Source of the DNA: Candidatus Obscuribacteraceae bacterium
Lineage (GTDB): Bacteria; Cyanobacteriota; Vampirovibrionia; Obscuribacterales; Obscuribacteraceae
Direction: 5' to 3'
Assembly: GCA_044226015.1 (NCBI GenBank)
Contig: JBGAHS010000003.1
Coordinates: 160,001-224,000 of the forward strand
Length of the DNA stretch: 64,000 nt
A model generated the notes under the pieces. The model worked only from the letters and a program-made list of their open reading frames with translations. It did no database searches and was not told the DNA's origin. Of the stretch, positions 51,259 through 62,221 are shown piece by piece. Position 1 is the first letter of the stretch. Each line of letters begins with the position of its first letter. Both the position numbers and the translations under genes were made by a program.

Positions 51259-51873
51259 GTGATACTGAATCAGTCCGAAATCGAAGCGCTATTAAAAGAC
51301 GTAGAGGCGTGGCTTACAGGGCATTTCCTTCTGACCAGTGGAATGCACAGCAATCAATATATTCAGTGTCAGCGCATAATGCAGTACCCTCGTCATGGCA
51401 TCATGCTGGCAGATGCTTTAGCAAGTCAGATAATCGGCTCAGGACTGCTGCCCATGGCAGTTGTGGGACCTGCTATGGGTGCTATTCATTTCGAAGTTTA
51501 CGTCGCTCATGCGCTGGATAAAATTCATGCAGAAGATCCTATTCGCGGAATTTTCGCCGAGCGTCCTGAAGGTAAATTTGTTATCAGACGGGGAATTGAG
51601 CTGACTCCCGGCGAAAACGTTCTTGTAGTTGAAGACGTAACCACAACCGGCGGATCTGCAAAACAAGTCATCGAACTCGTTAAAGAATTGGGCGCAAAAC
51701 CAGTTGCGGTGGCATCCATCATTGACAGAAGCGGCGGAAGCATTGATTTTGGTTTGCCATTTTTCTCTCTGGTGAAACTTCAGCTGGAATCCTGGAACCC
51801 GGATGAGTGCCCGCTCTGCAAAGACGGCGTTCCTCTGATAAAACCAGGAAGCAGCAAGCAGAAAGTCAATTAA
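51259..51873 (+). CDS. pyrE: orotate phosphoribosyltransferase
   Basis: GHFLLTSGMHS, VVEDVTTTGGS PRPP motif, CPLCK..KPGS. Confidence 0.92.
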   Translation: MILNQSEIEALLKDVEAWLTGHFLLTSGMHSNQYIQCQRIMQYPRHGIMLADALASQIIGSGLLPMAVVGPAMGAIHFEVYVAHALDKIHAEDPIRGIFAERPEGKFVIRRGIELTPGENVLVVEDVTTTGGSAKQVIELVKELGAKPVAVASIIDRSGGSIDFGLPFFSLVKLQLESWNPDECPLCKDGVPLIKPGSSKQKVN

Positions 51874-52036
51874 CGACGGCCCAGCAAGCGTAGAGCTGGC
51901 TTCTGAACCATATTTACAAAGATAAACATCTTTAAGAGTTCTGAACAAAAATGTCAGTGCTTAACATACTTCAGTTGATTTCATCAGCAGCGAAACTCTT
52001 GCCCAAGCGCACTCCCTGGCAATTTAATTCAAAAGC

Positions 52037-53941
52037 ATGGGAATATTCCCATTAAATTCCTTGCGCTATTTACCGTCTTCTGGCACTATGGGCGTGCAGG
52101 GGGATCTCGGGTTCATAAGGTGCGGGCAGCATCTGCGAGGTAAGGCTGCTTTGAATTCATACGATTTACCAGTTACTATAAAGACCGTCTCGGAATTTAG
52201 GCGCGCTCGTTCGACCGGGCAAGAACAAGGCGTCATCACGTCTGATATCGATCAGACATCAGCTTCGAGTGTCTCTCAGATATCTATTCCAACACACGCA
52301 AATGTGAGTTCGATACAATCGGCACTCCATTACTTCGATAGCGAATGTACGCAGCAAACGGTGCAGCCAACAACCTTTGAAGTCAACAATGAAGCGACAC
52401 CATCTGCCCTGGCTCAGTTCATGAACCAGGCGGTAGACATGGAATCTGCTTTTGAGTTTGCAGGTCATACGGCAAGCACGGTTATGCTTCAAGACGCTGT
52501 ATATGTTCAGAATGTCGGGGCAGATATGCTGCCAGAAGCTGTGCTCTTCAATATAGAGCAACTGAACGCAGAACAACTCATAATTCCAGACAACGCATCC
52601 GACGCAAATTCTTTCGACACTAGCTCTGCTCAAGAATCAGCTCTTTCCGCAGCTGTAGAGATTCTTGAAGAACAAGCCTGCTCGTTGAAAGACCCGCAAG
52701 AACTATCTGGCACCGCATGTGGTGTAGAAAAGGACGAGGCTGGAAGAGTAGTAAAAGCTTTGTTCTACGGCTCAGAAATTGTGAACTTCAAATATGACGA
52801 ATATGGCTTCTTGAGTGCTTTCAATTACGCTGGCATCGAATGGAAAAGAGATGACAACACATGGGCAGCTCAAGATAGACAAACCGACTACATTGTTGAT
52901 GCTCGCATTACAGTGCTAGACAATGGATCGATCCAAATTGTAAAAGATGATGTGGTGCGAACCCTCAAAGCTAGCGGCACCAGAATTGACGAGCACAAGT
53001 CTGGCTCTAAAACCGAAAGCAGAAAACTCAAAAACAAACCTTCGCCTTATGACCTTTTAGCGAAGGCCAAAGCGGTCAACTCCATATGGCTCTGCAGCAG
53101 TCAGAAACAAAGCCGGACAACAGCACAAAGCTGTCAACTCGACCTCGTCACTGACATCAACATGCCTTTTTCCGAAGCAAATACTTCTTCGATGATTCCT
53201 AGAACAGCCGAAGTTCCAAACGCCAGACCGGCTGTTGTAAATCCGGCGAGCATCAGTTGTATTCCATCTGCACCTATCGAATTGCGCTCGCTCGAACGCA
53301 GCGACAGATTGAGAAGCCTTGAAGACGAACTTCTAGAACCTCACCGCAGAGAAGTCAGCCGCCTCCATTGGCGACTGAGAATGAAAGAGTGCGCATTGAA
53401 GACGTCTCTCTGGCTAACCGACAGATTTGCGGGTCAAAGCTCTCCAAGACATCTAGCGAAACTCGATAGGCTCGCTCAGCTTTATTTTGAACAACAAAAA
53501 AATGACCTTGCTGAACTCGCTCATATGAGGGCTCTCCATATTCGCGAACAGTTCTTTGGCAAGAAACAACCTGAACTTGCTAAAAACATTCGCGGACTTG
53601 CAAGCATTTACGAAGCACGAGGAAATTACATTCGAGCCGAGCAAATGTACAAGCAAGCAATCGACCTGCAGGAAAGCGGCATTCGAAAAATTCTCTTTCT
53701 CTTCTCGGAGAACGTAACAGATGAATCCATTCTCCACGAGCAGTTAGAGCAGTTATTCTCAAGCATTAATGACTTGAGCAACCTTTACGTCACTCTCGGC
53801 AAACAAAATCTCTGCGCAGTAGTGTTTGAAAAAGCACAATCTGTTTGGGATGCAATCGCTGAGCACGAGCCAGCCGCCATTCCGGCTTTGCAAGAAGTGG
53901 CAGACAAATACCTCAAAACAATGGCGGGCGTCTGCTCCTGA
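52037..53941 (+). CDS. protein with central YD-like beta segment and C-terminal TPR repeats
   Basis: KDEAGRVV..FKYDEYG; kinesin-light-chain-type TPRs (LASIYEARGNYIRAEQMYKQA); start uncertain. Confidence 0.7.
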   Translation: MGIFPLNSLRYLPSSGTMGVQGDLGFIRCGQHLRGKAALNSYDLPVTIKTVSEFRRARSTGQEQGVITSDIDQTSASSVSQISIPTHANVSSIQSALHYFDSECTQQTVQPTTFEVNNEATPSALAQFMNQAVDMESAFEFAGHTASTVMLQDAVYVQNVGADMLPEAVLFNIEQLNAEQLIIPDNASDANSFDTSSAQESALSAAVEILEEQACSLKDPQELSGTACGVEKDEAGRVVKALFYGSEIVNFKYDEYGFLSAFNYAGIEWKRDDNTWAAQDRQTDYIVDARITVLDNGSIQIVKDDVVRTLKASGTRIDEHKSGSKTESRKLKNKPSPYDLLAKAKAVNSIWLCSSQKQSRTTAQSCQLDLVTDINMPFSEANTSSMIPRTAEVPNARPAVVNPASISCIPSAPIELRSLERSDRLRSLEDELLEPHRREVSRLHWRLRMKECALKTSLWLTDRFAGQSSPRHLAKLDRLAQLYFEQQKNDLAELAHMRALHIREQFFGKKQPELAKNIRGLASIYEARGNYIRAEQMYKQAIDLQESGIRKILFLFSENVTDESILHEQLEQLFSSINDLSNLYVTLGKQNLCAVVFEKAQSVWDAIAEHEPAAIPALQEVADKYLKTMAGVCS

Positions 53942-54148
53942 TTACCAGCGAGTAAGTGCTCTCTTTGCTGAGCTTACAATCGCGGCTGCCTCAGTTGGAT
54001 CTTCCACTACGGGAATTTCCATCAGCTCGTAGGGATCAAACATCATGTCGTTGCTCCACTCTCCATGCTTGCAAGAAGCAACAAAATCGTCGTCGGTGGA
54101 CTTTACGGCGATTCGACCATCATCTGATTTATAAACCTTGAAACCCAT
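53942..54148 (-). CDS. small acidic protein, paralog A
   Basis: GGAG upstream; homologous to 54374-54589. Confidence 0.75.
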   Translation of the reverse strand: MGFKVYKSDDGRIAVKSTDDDFVASCKHGEWSNDMMFDPYELMEIPVVEDPTEAAAIVSSAKRALTRW

Positions 54149-54373
54149 ATCTTTACTCCAACTCTCATCGATGTTGATAATTTACGATTACTCTCTTTGT
54201 GTGAGATTTGCGTGAAGAAACTAAAGAACGCGCTCGAACCACAATCTTCGCCGAAGCCCATCAGAAGCCGCTCCCCGTTATGTACGAGAAGCAAACAAGA
54301 GACAAGCCCGGCACCATATACGGTGCCCATCACCTACAAAGTGATTCTATCCATTTGCGCCATGCAATAAGCT

Positions 54374-54589
54374 CTAGAGCCTACAAAGCGCTTTCTTGGC
54401 TTCCTTCACAATCACAAGTACTTCTTGATCATCTTCGACCTGTGGCATTCCTTCCAATTCCAGAGCCCCGAAGACCATCTCGTCTACCCATTCGCCATGG
54501 TGAAACGACGCGACAAAATCATCGTACTTAGACTGGACAGCCATGCGGCCGTCATCTGATTTATGTACGCGATAATTCATCGCTATCAC
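54374..54589 (-). CDS. small acidic protein, paralog B
   Basis: KSDDGR.AV.S..DDFVAS..HGEW shared with paralog A. Confidence 0.75.
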   Translation of the reverse strand: MIAMNYRVHKSDDGRMAVQSKYDDFVASFHHGEWVDEMVFGALELEGMPQVEDDQEVLVIVKEAKKALCRL

Positions 54590-54922
54590 CCGGAATGAGA
54601 TCTACCACTCATGACATCTACCACTATAGCGCCGACACTCAAATCCTGGGGACTTTTTGCCTCACGGGGATATATACATTGTTACATGTAGCTCATATTA
54701 CATACTTTCCAGCAAGTTTTGAGACGAACAGCGACAAATGCTTAACTAGAAAGGACTTTCGCGGATTCTGAAACACTTCAAAAAACCTGGCATCGCCCAA
54801 TCACAAATCAGCACGAATGTCATGCTGTGTCAGAAACTCACAGATACCACAGTCCCAGTTTTAGCTTAGTAAGCGCATTGCGTCATCAGATTCGAATTAA
54901 TAACACAATCCGCTACAAACTC

Positions 54923-54952
54923 TTGACCATATTAGACGACCGGTCTAATATG
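54923..54952 (+). promoter_or_regulatory. sigma70-like promoter overlapped by a palindromic operator
   Basis: TTGACC-N17-TAATAT; CATATTAGAC-gaccg-GTCTAATATG. Confidence 0.65.
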
Positions 54953-55063
54953 AATACATAGTTTTTTTCAAGGTCTTAGCCGTGATTCGTATTCATTTCA
55001 ATCCTCCACCAAATAAACGCTGTTGCTAACGAAGCACGCCGGTTATTTGCGCTTTCTGGGGAA

Positions 55064-56074
55064 TTGAAAATGGACGACAGAACTTTGAAATACAAGATTA
55101 TTGCTGCTTTTGCTGCTGTTTACTTTTTTTGGGGCTCAACCTTCATTGCAATTAGATTTGCAGTGGAATCAATACCTCCATTTTTGATGGCTTCGAGCAG
55201 ATTTCTCGTTGCAGGAGCCATACTCTACTTATTCGCGCGCATTAAAGGCGCAGCAGTGCCAGCGCTCAAACAGTGGCTGCCTGCTTTTGCAATGGGTGCG
55301 CTGCTTCTGGTTTTTGGAAACGGCTCGGTAGTCATCGCCGAAAAGACCGTGCCATCAGGAGTGGTATCACTACTAATCGCGATGGTTCCAATCTATTTCG
55401 CCGTCCTCGAATGGATAAAGCCAGGCGGAAAAGCACCGAACTTCAAAACGTCCATCGGACTAATCATTGGAACCGTAGGACTCTTGCTCTTAATTGGTCC
55501 ACATAAAATAATAAGCGGCACATCAGATATTGACCTCAAAGGTGTCTTCATCGTTCTTGGCGGGTCACTCGCCTGGTCGATCGGCTCTCTTCTGTCAAAG
55601 ACCGTAAGAATTAGTGAGAATCCAACAATGGGACTCGCAATGCAAACGCTGGCAGCGGGAGTAATGATGATTGTTCTTTCTTGCGGTTTTGGCGAAATTG
55701 CAAGCATGCAGTTTTCCGCGGTGTCGGCGAAATCATTGATCTCTTTGCTCTACCTAATAGTGTTCGGCTCACTTGTTGGATTCACTTCTTATGTATGGCT
55801 GCTGCAAACGGTATCACCAACCCTGGTGGCGACATATGCCTACGTCAACCCTGTAATTGCAGTTCTGCTTGGGTGGTTGCTTGCTGGTGAGAAAGTAACT
55901 GGTGACACCATGCTGGCCGGCAGCGTCATTCTCATGGCAGTTTGGCTCATAACTCAGTCGAAACGAGCAGTTGTATCTTCCGATAAGATTAAAGTCTCAG
56001 ACGAAGCGAACGAAGTTTCTCAAGCTAAGCAGACTCTAGAGCCAAGCTACTCAAAGATTGTTGCAACTGAGTAG
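55064..56074 (+). CDS. EamA/DMT family transporter (YedA-like)
   Basis: VYFFWGSTFIAIR, IPPFLMA..RF, YLIVFGS, YAYVNPVIAVLLG. Confidence 0.92.
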   Translation: MKMDDRTLKYKIIAAFAAVYFFWGSTFIAIRFAVESIPPFLMASSRFLVAGAILYLFARIKGAAVPALKQWLPAFAMGALLLVFGNGSVVIAEKTVPSGVVSLLIAMVPIYFAVLEWIKPGGKAPNFKTSIGLIIGTVGLLLLIGPHKIISGTSDIDLKGVFIVLGGSLAWSIGSLLSKTVRISENPTMGLAMQTLAAGVMMIVLSCGFGEIASMQFSAVSAKSLISLLYLIVFGSLVGFTSYVWLLQTVSPTLVATYAYVNPVIAVLLGWLLAGEKVTGDTMLAGSVILMAVWLITQSKRAVVSSDKIKVSDEANEVSQAKQTLEPSYSKIVATE

Positions 56075-56200
56075 AAAGGCGTGAGAATAAAAATTCGACA
56101 CAGAATCATTCGAAGCAGAACTTTTTTCGAAGCAGCGCCAAATGCAAAATGCGCACCGATCTTCATTGCCTTGGTTCAAGCAAGCTGCCTATTCGATTAA

Positions 56201-57196
56201 CTAAAAGTCGAATTCTCTAACTCGCTTCAGCGCTTTCTTCACGAACTCCGCGCTGGTCAATTCACCTGCAGACTTATTTGCGATTGGGCGCAGCAATTTC
56301 TCTGCTTGCTCTCGCGATTTCTCGCTTGCAGCCCAGTTTCCCTGGGCTTTCTCAATATCAGAAATGACAAACCAGGTGATTATTCGATATTCTTTATCGT
56401 TGTTATATTCTCCCCATTGAATCGGCTCTTTGCTATCTCCACCGAGCACAGTTTCTTTTAGCAAGCTTCGGGCCAGGGAGAGCGTTTTCTGGCTCTGCAT
56501 GAAGATCACAGCCAACTTAAACTGACCATACGGCATGGTCCAAAATTCTTCTCTAGTTTGTCTATATTTGGAATACTCTTCCATCGCAGTCTTGCTATCG
56601 CCGGAAAGCGCAGAGCAATAAGCCAAATTCAAGTAAGTCAGAAACGGTGGAGATTTCGATTTACCCTTCTGAACTGAAGCTAAATGCTGAAATAACTCAG
56701 CTCTCGCTTTCTTGAGCTGTTCACAAGCCTTTGTATGCCAATAAGAGTAATGTGCTTGATCGTTTCGCTTCTTATAAAGAATGGCTCGGCGCTCCATATT
56801 CGAACCTTCATGCATGAGTTGCCAGGCCGCCTGATTATGCGGCGAAAACTCGGGTCCCTCGTTCAGCTCAGTCATCTTAATGCTGCCGTCAGGCTGATGC
56901 TGGTAAGCTGAAGACATAGCCAAGCTGGCATCACCCTTAGAAAATATATCGGGCCCAATTACCAATTTACTTGGATCAGGCAGTTCCTCATCTGCCCCGC
57001 TTCGTTTAGCGTTGCTTGCCGTAGGCTGACAGTGATCGTCCATCAAGATAACCTTGTGTTTCCTTGCGCTGGGTCCATTTGAGCTGAGATTTGAACTTTT
57101 CACAATAACAGATGTGGCTTGCTGTGCGGAAACAGCGTCCGCCAGACTTGACAAAATCACAATAGAAAGTAGCACGGGTCTAATCAGATTCGTCAA
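56201..57196 (-). CDS. exported TPR-like hypothetical protein
   Basis: signal peptide (AVSA|Q), YLNLAYC..SGD...AMEEY TPR-like segment. Confidence 0.7.
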   Translation of the reverse strand: MTNLIRPVLLSIVILSSLADAVSAQQATSVIVKSSNLSSNGPSARKHKVILMDDHCQPTASNAKRSGADEELPDPSKLVIGPDIFSKGDASLAMSSAYQHQPDGSIKMTELNEGPEFSPHNQAAWQLMHEGSNMERRAILYKKRNDQAHYSYWHTKACEQLKKARAELFQHLASVQKGKSKSPPFLTYLNLAYCSALSGDSKTAMEEYSKYRQTREEFWTMPYGQFKLAVIFMQSQKTLSLARSLLKETVLGGDSKEPIQWGEYNNDKEYRIITWFVISDIEKAQGNWAASEKSREQAEKLLRPIANKSAGELTSAEFVKKALKRVREFDF

Positions 57197-57381
57197 AGAA
57201 TTCTCTCCAAGTTCAATTCAATACCTGCAACCACTTATATCATCAATAAACATGAATTGCTCATTCAAAATGGTGAATGACCTCGTCGCTCTACAGGGTG
57301 CCCTCATTTCACTCTACATGGTCAACGACTGCCGCTTTGCAGCGAAAGGTCCGCATCTGAAATGACTACCCGCCCTCTTAT

Positions 57382-60375
57382 TCAACTTGCAATCGCGAGG
57401 GGAAGTGAAAACCAAAAGGTGGACCCTTTTCCTCTTTCGGAATGACACCCAATGCTTCCACCATGTTGTTCGATAATTGCCTTACTAATTGGCAAACCGA
57501 GTCCAGTTCCATCAAGATTTTGATCATCTTTCTTGCTTACAAAAGCATCAAAAATTTTCTCTTGCACTTCCTTTTCCATTCCTGCACCAGAGTCTTCAAT
57601 TGTAATAATAAACTGACCGTTGCTGTTTACGTGGCTATCAATCCTGATTTGCTGTCCTTCACTGGAAAACTTCACGGCATTGGTTAGCAAGTTAATCAGT
57701 ACTTGAGTAAGTCTTTCAGCATCAGCTTTTATGAGTCTATCTTCTGAGCTGTTCTCAATGCTAATATTCTTTTTCTGAGCAAGAGGCAAAACGCATGCGA
57801 TCGCTCTATCTACAAGAGGATGCGATTGAAGGTTTTCGATGGAGAGAACGAATTTGCCTGCTTCCATTTTTTCTATATCAAGTATGTCATTTATAAGCGC
57901 AATCAAGCGCTCAGTGCCTGACTCTGCCTGCTTCAAGTGCGACATATTTTTCTCTGACATATCACCAAAAGCACCAAGCGAAAGCATATTCAATGACATC
58001 AAAATAGATGCAAGTGGCGACCGTAATTCATGACTTGCAATCGCTAGAAGTTTTTGCTTTAGCTGCTGTTCTTGCTTAAGCGCCTCTGCTGCGTCGTGAA
58101 AAGCCTTGTCTAGCTCAGCGATTTCATCGCGACCTTCGACAGGAGACAGCAGAGCTTGCTTTTCCAAAATTCTTTCCGCATTGTCTTGAACACGATTAAT
58201 TCGCTTGCCGATATTTTGTGCAAGAAACGCCGTCAGTCCGATGGCTCCAAGAATATTCACTGCGAGTCCAGCAATCAAAAGTTTATCAAGATTAAGAGCA
58301 AGCCCTTCCAGATTTTTCTCGTTCTTGCTCTGCAAACTCTCCTCTCTTGCAGCCAGTGTATCAACTTCGTTGGACATCACATTCCACGCATCGAGATATT
58401 CTTCGACCATGCCTGCAGCAGCATTCTTAACTGTCAATTTTCTCTTCTTTTGCTCGTCAACAATATACCGGTGGTCATCATTTATCTTAAGTACAGCCTT
58501 TTCTATTGCACGACAATCTGACTCACGTTCAGGGTCTCCTGCGCAGGTCTTTTGAAATTGACTGAAGGATGCTTTGATGTCAGCCTCCTGCCTGGCGAGA
58601 ATAGGACTTCTGTCTACTTTGCTGGCACCCGTGAGTAGAACCAAAATAGCTGCGTTGGCGAGGTCAGAAACAAGAGCTTCTGACTCAGAGACGACTCGCC
58701 TTGCAGTTGTCTGATTCTCTAGCTGAACATTCGCTTGCTGCAAGAGTACTGCAAATGACGAGAACAGAATAATTTGAGTTAGAAAGGGCAACCCAATCAA
58801 TAACAACCCTTTGTGCCTTATACGAAAACGCATCCCTTGCTTTTTCGATAACCCGACTTTGACGCTATTTCCCGCAGCCGAAACGGCAGAACCCGAAGTT
58901 TGACTGGCTTTTTTCGGAATCAAAATTCTGAAAGTTGCGCCATTTCCAGGCGAAGAAATAATCTTGATGCTGCCAACATGTGCCTGAACAATTGCTTTGG
59001 AAATAGAGAGCCCCATTCCTGTGCCCTTTATTTTTGCGTCCTTTGGCTGTTCGGCTTGAGTGAAAACTTCAAACAATGACTCATGGAGTTCTTCCGGTAT
59101 ACCAGGACCATGGTCTTTTACCGAAATCTCCAATTCATTTTCCAGCTCTTTAGCTGTAAGCAAAATCTTTTCGCCACGCGGAGAGAACTTTATCGCATTG
59201 GAAAGAAGATTGACGATAACTTGATTAAAGCGGTCTGGGTCTATTTCTACAGCAGTGTCACAGCTATCGACGATGAGTTCAAGGTTTTGATCTCTCGCCA
59301 TATCTCTCACCATCTCAACGGCAGATTCAAGCACCGCTGCTGGCTTCGTTACTTTGTAATTTAGCTTGATCTTTTCTGCATTCATAGACTCCAGATCAAG
59401 CAACTCAGTCACCATAATTTGCAAACGATTGCAACTCGTGCTTGCTCTCTTCAGTGCAGAACGAGCCTTATCACTCATAGAGCCTACATCTTCCAGCACT
59501 CTGGCAAGCAAAAGTTTCACAGCACTTAAAGGCGCCTTCAACTCATGGCAAACAACACCCAAAAGTTGTTTCTTGAACTTCTGTGTCTCGATAATAGTTG
59601 CAGCAGTGTCATGAAGAAGTAAATCTAACTTAGCCAGCTCATCATCACCTTGCAACGGAGGTGATAAATCTTCTGTCTTCGCCATTCGACGAGTTGTTTC
59701 CATCAAGTTCTTCAAGCGACGCTCAATGTTAGTTCCAAAAAAAAGCGCCAGCGATAACACAATGACGATATCTCCCAAAGCACCGAAAATCAGGAAATTT
59801 CGAAACTGTTTGCTAATGTCGTTATACAATTTCGGACCTTGAACGACCGACCGAAGCTCAGCGGTTATGAGCGCTCCGATGCCTGAATGCGCCTCATACT
59901 GCTTCCGGTGTTCATACCAATTGAGAAAGTATGATGAAATATACTCCGCCGTTCCATCATCCATCGGACCTGACTCACCATCGTCCCGACGGCGTGCTCT
60001 GTTCATCAGTCCTAAATTCTGAACCTTCCAGATGCGCGTAATGTTTGTCTTCACGCCCTGTACAAGGTGCGCATCTGTCTTCTTGCCTGCCACAGCTTTG
60101 AGCGAGCGATAATTTTCTTTGATGCTTTCCCAGATTTCTTCATAACGGCGGTCAACAGCGGGGATCTGCTCAGCGCCTTTGAGCCCAATAAGAATTGAAG
60201 ATTCGGACAATAGTATTTGAATTCGTTCGGCAAGAGCTATAACTTGCTTGGCATGCACCTCTGCATGCAGCCTGTCCATTGAACGCTGAAGTAAGGAATT
60301 AAATCCGAAAGCAAAGAGCAACTCGAATGCCAGTGGCACGGAAATTAAGATGAGACCTTTGTGTAGAAGCTTCAT
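57382..60375 (-). CDS. tandem double sensor histidine kinase
   Basis: two TM-sensor-HAMP-HisKA-HATPase modules: CHELKAPL/NAIKF/GTGMGL and SHELRSPL/NAVKF/GTGLGL. Confidence 0.9.
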   Translation of the reverse strand: MKLLHKGLILISVPLAFELLFAFGFNSLLQRSMDRLHAEVHAKQVIALAERIQILLSESSILIGLKGAEQIPAVDRRYEEIWESIKENYRSLKAVAGKKTDAHLVQGVKTNITRIWKVQNLGLMNRARRRDDGESGPMDDGTAEYISSYFLNWYEHRKQYEAHSGIGALITAELRSVVQGPKLYNDISKQFRNFLIFGALGDIVIVLSLALFFGTNIERRLKNLMETTRRMAKTEDLSPPLQGDDELAKLDLLLHDTAATIIETQKFKKQLLGVVCHELKAPLSAVKLLLARVLEDVGSMSDKARSALKRASTSCNRLQIMVTELLDLESMNAEKIKLNYKVTKPAAVLESAVEMVRDMARDQNLELIVDSCDTAVEIDPDRFNQVIVNLLSNAIKFSPRGEKILLTAKELENELEISVKDHGPGIPEELHESLFEVFTQAEQPKDAKIKGTGMGLSISKAIVQAHVGSIKIISSPGNGATFRILIPKKASQTSGSAVSAAGNSVKVGLSKKQGMRFRIRHKGLLLIGLPFLTQIILFSSFAVLLQQANVQLENQTTARRVVSESEALVSDLANAAILVLLTGASKVDRSPILARQEADIKASFSQFQKTCAGDPERESDCRAIEKAVLKINDDHRYIVDEQKKRKLTVKNAAAGMVEEYLDAWNVMSNEVDTLAAREESLQSKNEKNLEGLALNLDKLLIAGLAVNILGAIGLTAFLAQNIGKRINRVQDNAERILEKQALLSPVEGRDEIAELDKAFHDAAEALKQEQQLKQKLLAIASHELRSPLASILMSLNMLSLGAFGDMSEKNMSHLKQAESGTERLIALINDILDIEKMEAGKFVLSIENLQSHPLVDRAIACVLPLAQKKNISIENSSEDRLIKADAERLTQVLINLLTNAVKFSSEGQQIRIDSHVNSNGQFIITIEDSGAGMEKEVQEKIFDAFVSKKDDQNLDGTGLGLPISKAIIEQHGGSIGCHSERGKGSTFWFSLPLAIAS

Positions 60376-60617
60376 TCATCTGTGCCGCGAGGAATTTGCC
60401 GGTTACCAAGCCAAACAATCATGAGATTGTCTCATTCCAACATGCCCGCATTTCATCAAATTCAAATCGCTGACATTGTTAGATAAAACGGAACCGTTTG
60501 CTAACTTCTACTTGCTGCATCATAGGAATCACGAAATATTGGGAACACAATCGAAATCGAGGTTATCACGAGGTGTCGCATCACGCATGCTATGAGAATA
60601 TGCTCGCGATTATTTGC

Positions 60618-62126
60618 CTACTTTGCGCCGACAGATTGCAGATTTAGAACCTCTGCTGTTTCGGTGCGAATGGAGTGACACAGTGTCGCATCATTAATCA
60701 ATGACTTCCCATAAGATGGAATTACTTCACAGAGTTTTTTCGACCAGCCGTTGGACATTTCACTCTTGAAGCAGCGCTCAAGAACATTCAACATAATCCA
60801 GACAGCAACCGATGCCCCTGGAGAAGCACCGAGCAGGGCTGCCAACGAACCATCAGCAGGCGAAACAACTTCAGTACCAAATTGCAATATGCCACCATGC
60901 TGGGCATCTTTTTTGACAATCTGCACCCGCTGCCCTGCTTGCTCTAATCTCCAATCTTCCTCAAGTGCTTCCGGATAATATTGTTGAAGTGCTCCGAACC
61001 TCTCATGATTTGATTCCAACACCTGTCCAATCAAATATTCTTCGAGCGATAGATTGTCTTTACCAACCGCCAGCATGGGAAGTAAATTATCGGGATCAAC
61101 TGAAGTAAAGAGATCAAGGTATGAACCGTGCTTGAGAAATTTAGTTGAGAAGCCTGCGAATGGACCAAATAATAACGATGTCTTTCCGCCAATTCGTCTG
61201 AGGTCAAGGTGGGGAACCGACATGGGAGGCGACCCGACAGACGCTTTGCCATACACTTTTGCGTGATGGCGCGCAGCTAATTCAGAGCGATCGCAGCGAA
61301 GCCAAATGCCACTAACTGGAAAACCAGCGTAGCCTCGACTTTCCGGAATATGCGACTTCTGCAATAAGGGCAACGAGCCTCCGCCCGCACCAATAAAAAC
61401 GAAGCGCGCTTTCACGTGCTGATGATTTCCTGTTTTCTCATCTCTTACGTGAAGATTCCAGAGCCCATCGTCATCGCGGCGCAGATCTTGTATGCGCTTA
61501 TTAAAACGAATGCTGTAACCTTCCTTGTTCAGAACTGAGTCTAAAAGCAAATTTGTTAGCGCGCCATAGTCAACGTCAGTGCCCGTGTCCATACGAGTTG
61601 CTGCAACTGGAACATCTAAATTATTGCGCCCTTCCATTACCAGCGGAAGCCACTCTAATAGCCGCTCTCTTTCATCAGAGAAAACCATTCCTTGATAGCA
61701 ATGATGTTGCGACAATGTCTCGAATCTCCTTTTGAGAAATGCCACATCATCATCACCAGTCACAAAGCTGTAGTGCGGCACAGAATGAATAAATGACTGC
61801 GGATCTTTTATAGCCCCTTTTTTGACCAGGTAAGCCCAAAATTGACGAGATAAATCGAACTCGGTATTCACCATTAACGCCTTTGAAATGTCTATGCTTC
61901 CATCAGACTTCGCCGGCGTGTAATTAAGTTCACACAGCGCAGCGTGCCCGGTTCCAGCATTGTTCCAGGGGTTCGAGCTTTCTTGAGCCGCCTGCTCCAA
62001 TTTCTCATAAACGCGAATAGTCAAGTTAGGGTTTAGTTCTTTGAGCAACACAGCCAGAGTTGCGCTCATAATTCCTGCACCAATGAGCACAACGTCAAAA
62101 TGTTCTTCTTTCTTATCTTTCGCCAT
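60618..62126 (-). CDS. mqo: malate:quinone oxidoreductase
   Basis: [51 protein letters not shown]; start taken at MAKD. Confidence 0.95.
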   Translation of the reverse strand: MAKDKKEEHFDVVLIGAGIMSATLAVLLKELNPNLTIRVYEKLEQAAQESSNPWNNAGTGHAALCELNYTPAKSDGSIDISKALMVNTEFDLSRQFWAYLVKKGAIKDPQSFIHSVPHYSFVTGDDDVAFLKRRFETLSQHHCYQGMVFSDERERLLEWLPLVMEGRNNLDVPVAATRMDTGTDVDYGALTNLLLDSVLNKEGYSIRFNKRIQDLRRDDDGLWNLHVRDEKTGNHQHVKARFVFIGAGGGSLPLLQKSHIPESRGYAGFPVSGIWLRCDRSELAARHHAKVYGKASVGSPPMSVPHLDLRRIGGKTSLLFGPFAGFSTKFLKHGSYLDLFTSVDPDNLLPMLAVGKDNLSLEEYLIGQVLESNHERFGALQQYYPEALEEDWRLEQAGQRVQIVKKDAQHGGILQFGTEVVSPADGSLAALLGASPGASVAVWIMLNVLERCFKSEMSNGWSKKLCEVIPSYGKSLINDATLCHSIRTETAEVLNLQSVGAK

Positions 62127-62221
62127 AAGTTCCCACTTCTTTTGGATTTGACAAATATACCACTCCAGCAAACCAGGTTCTATTTGCGATAAAATTCATT
62201 CAAATAATCGGAATCTATGTC

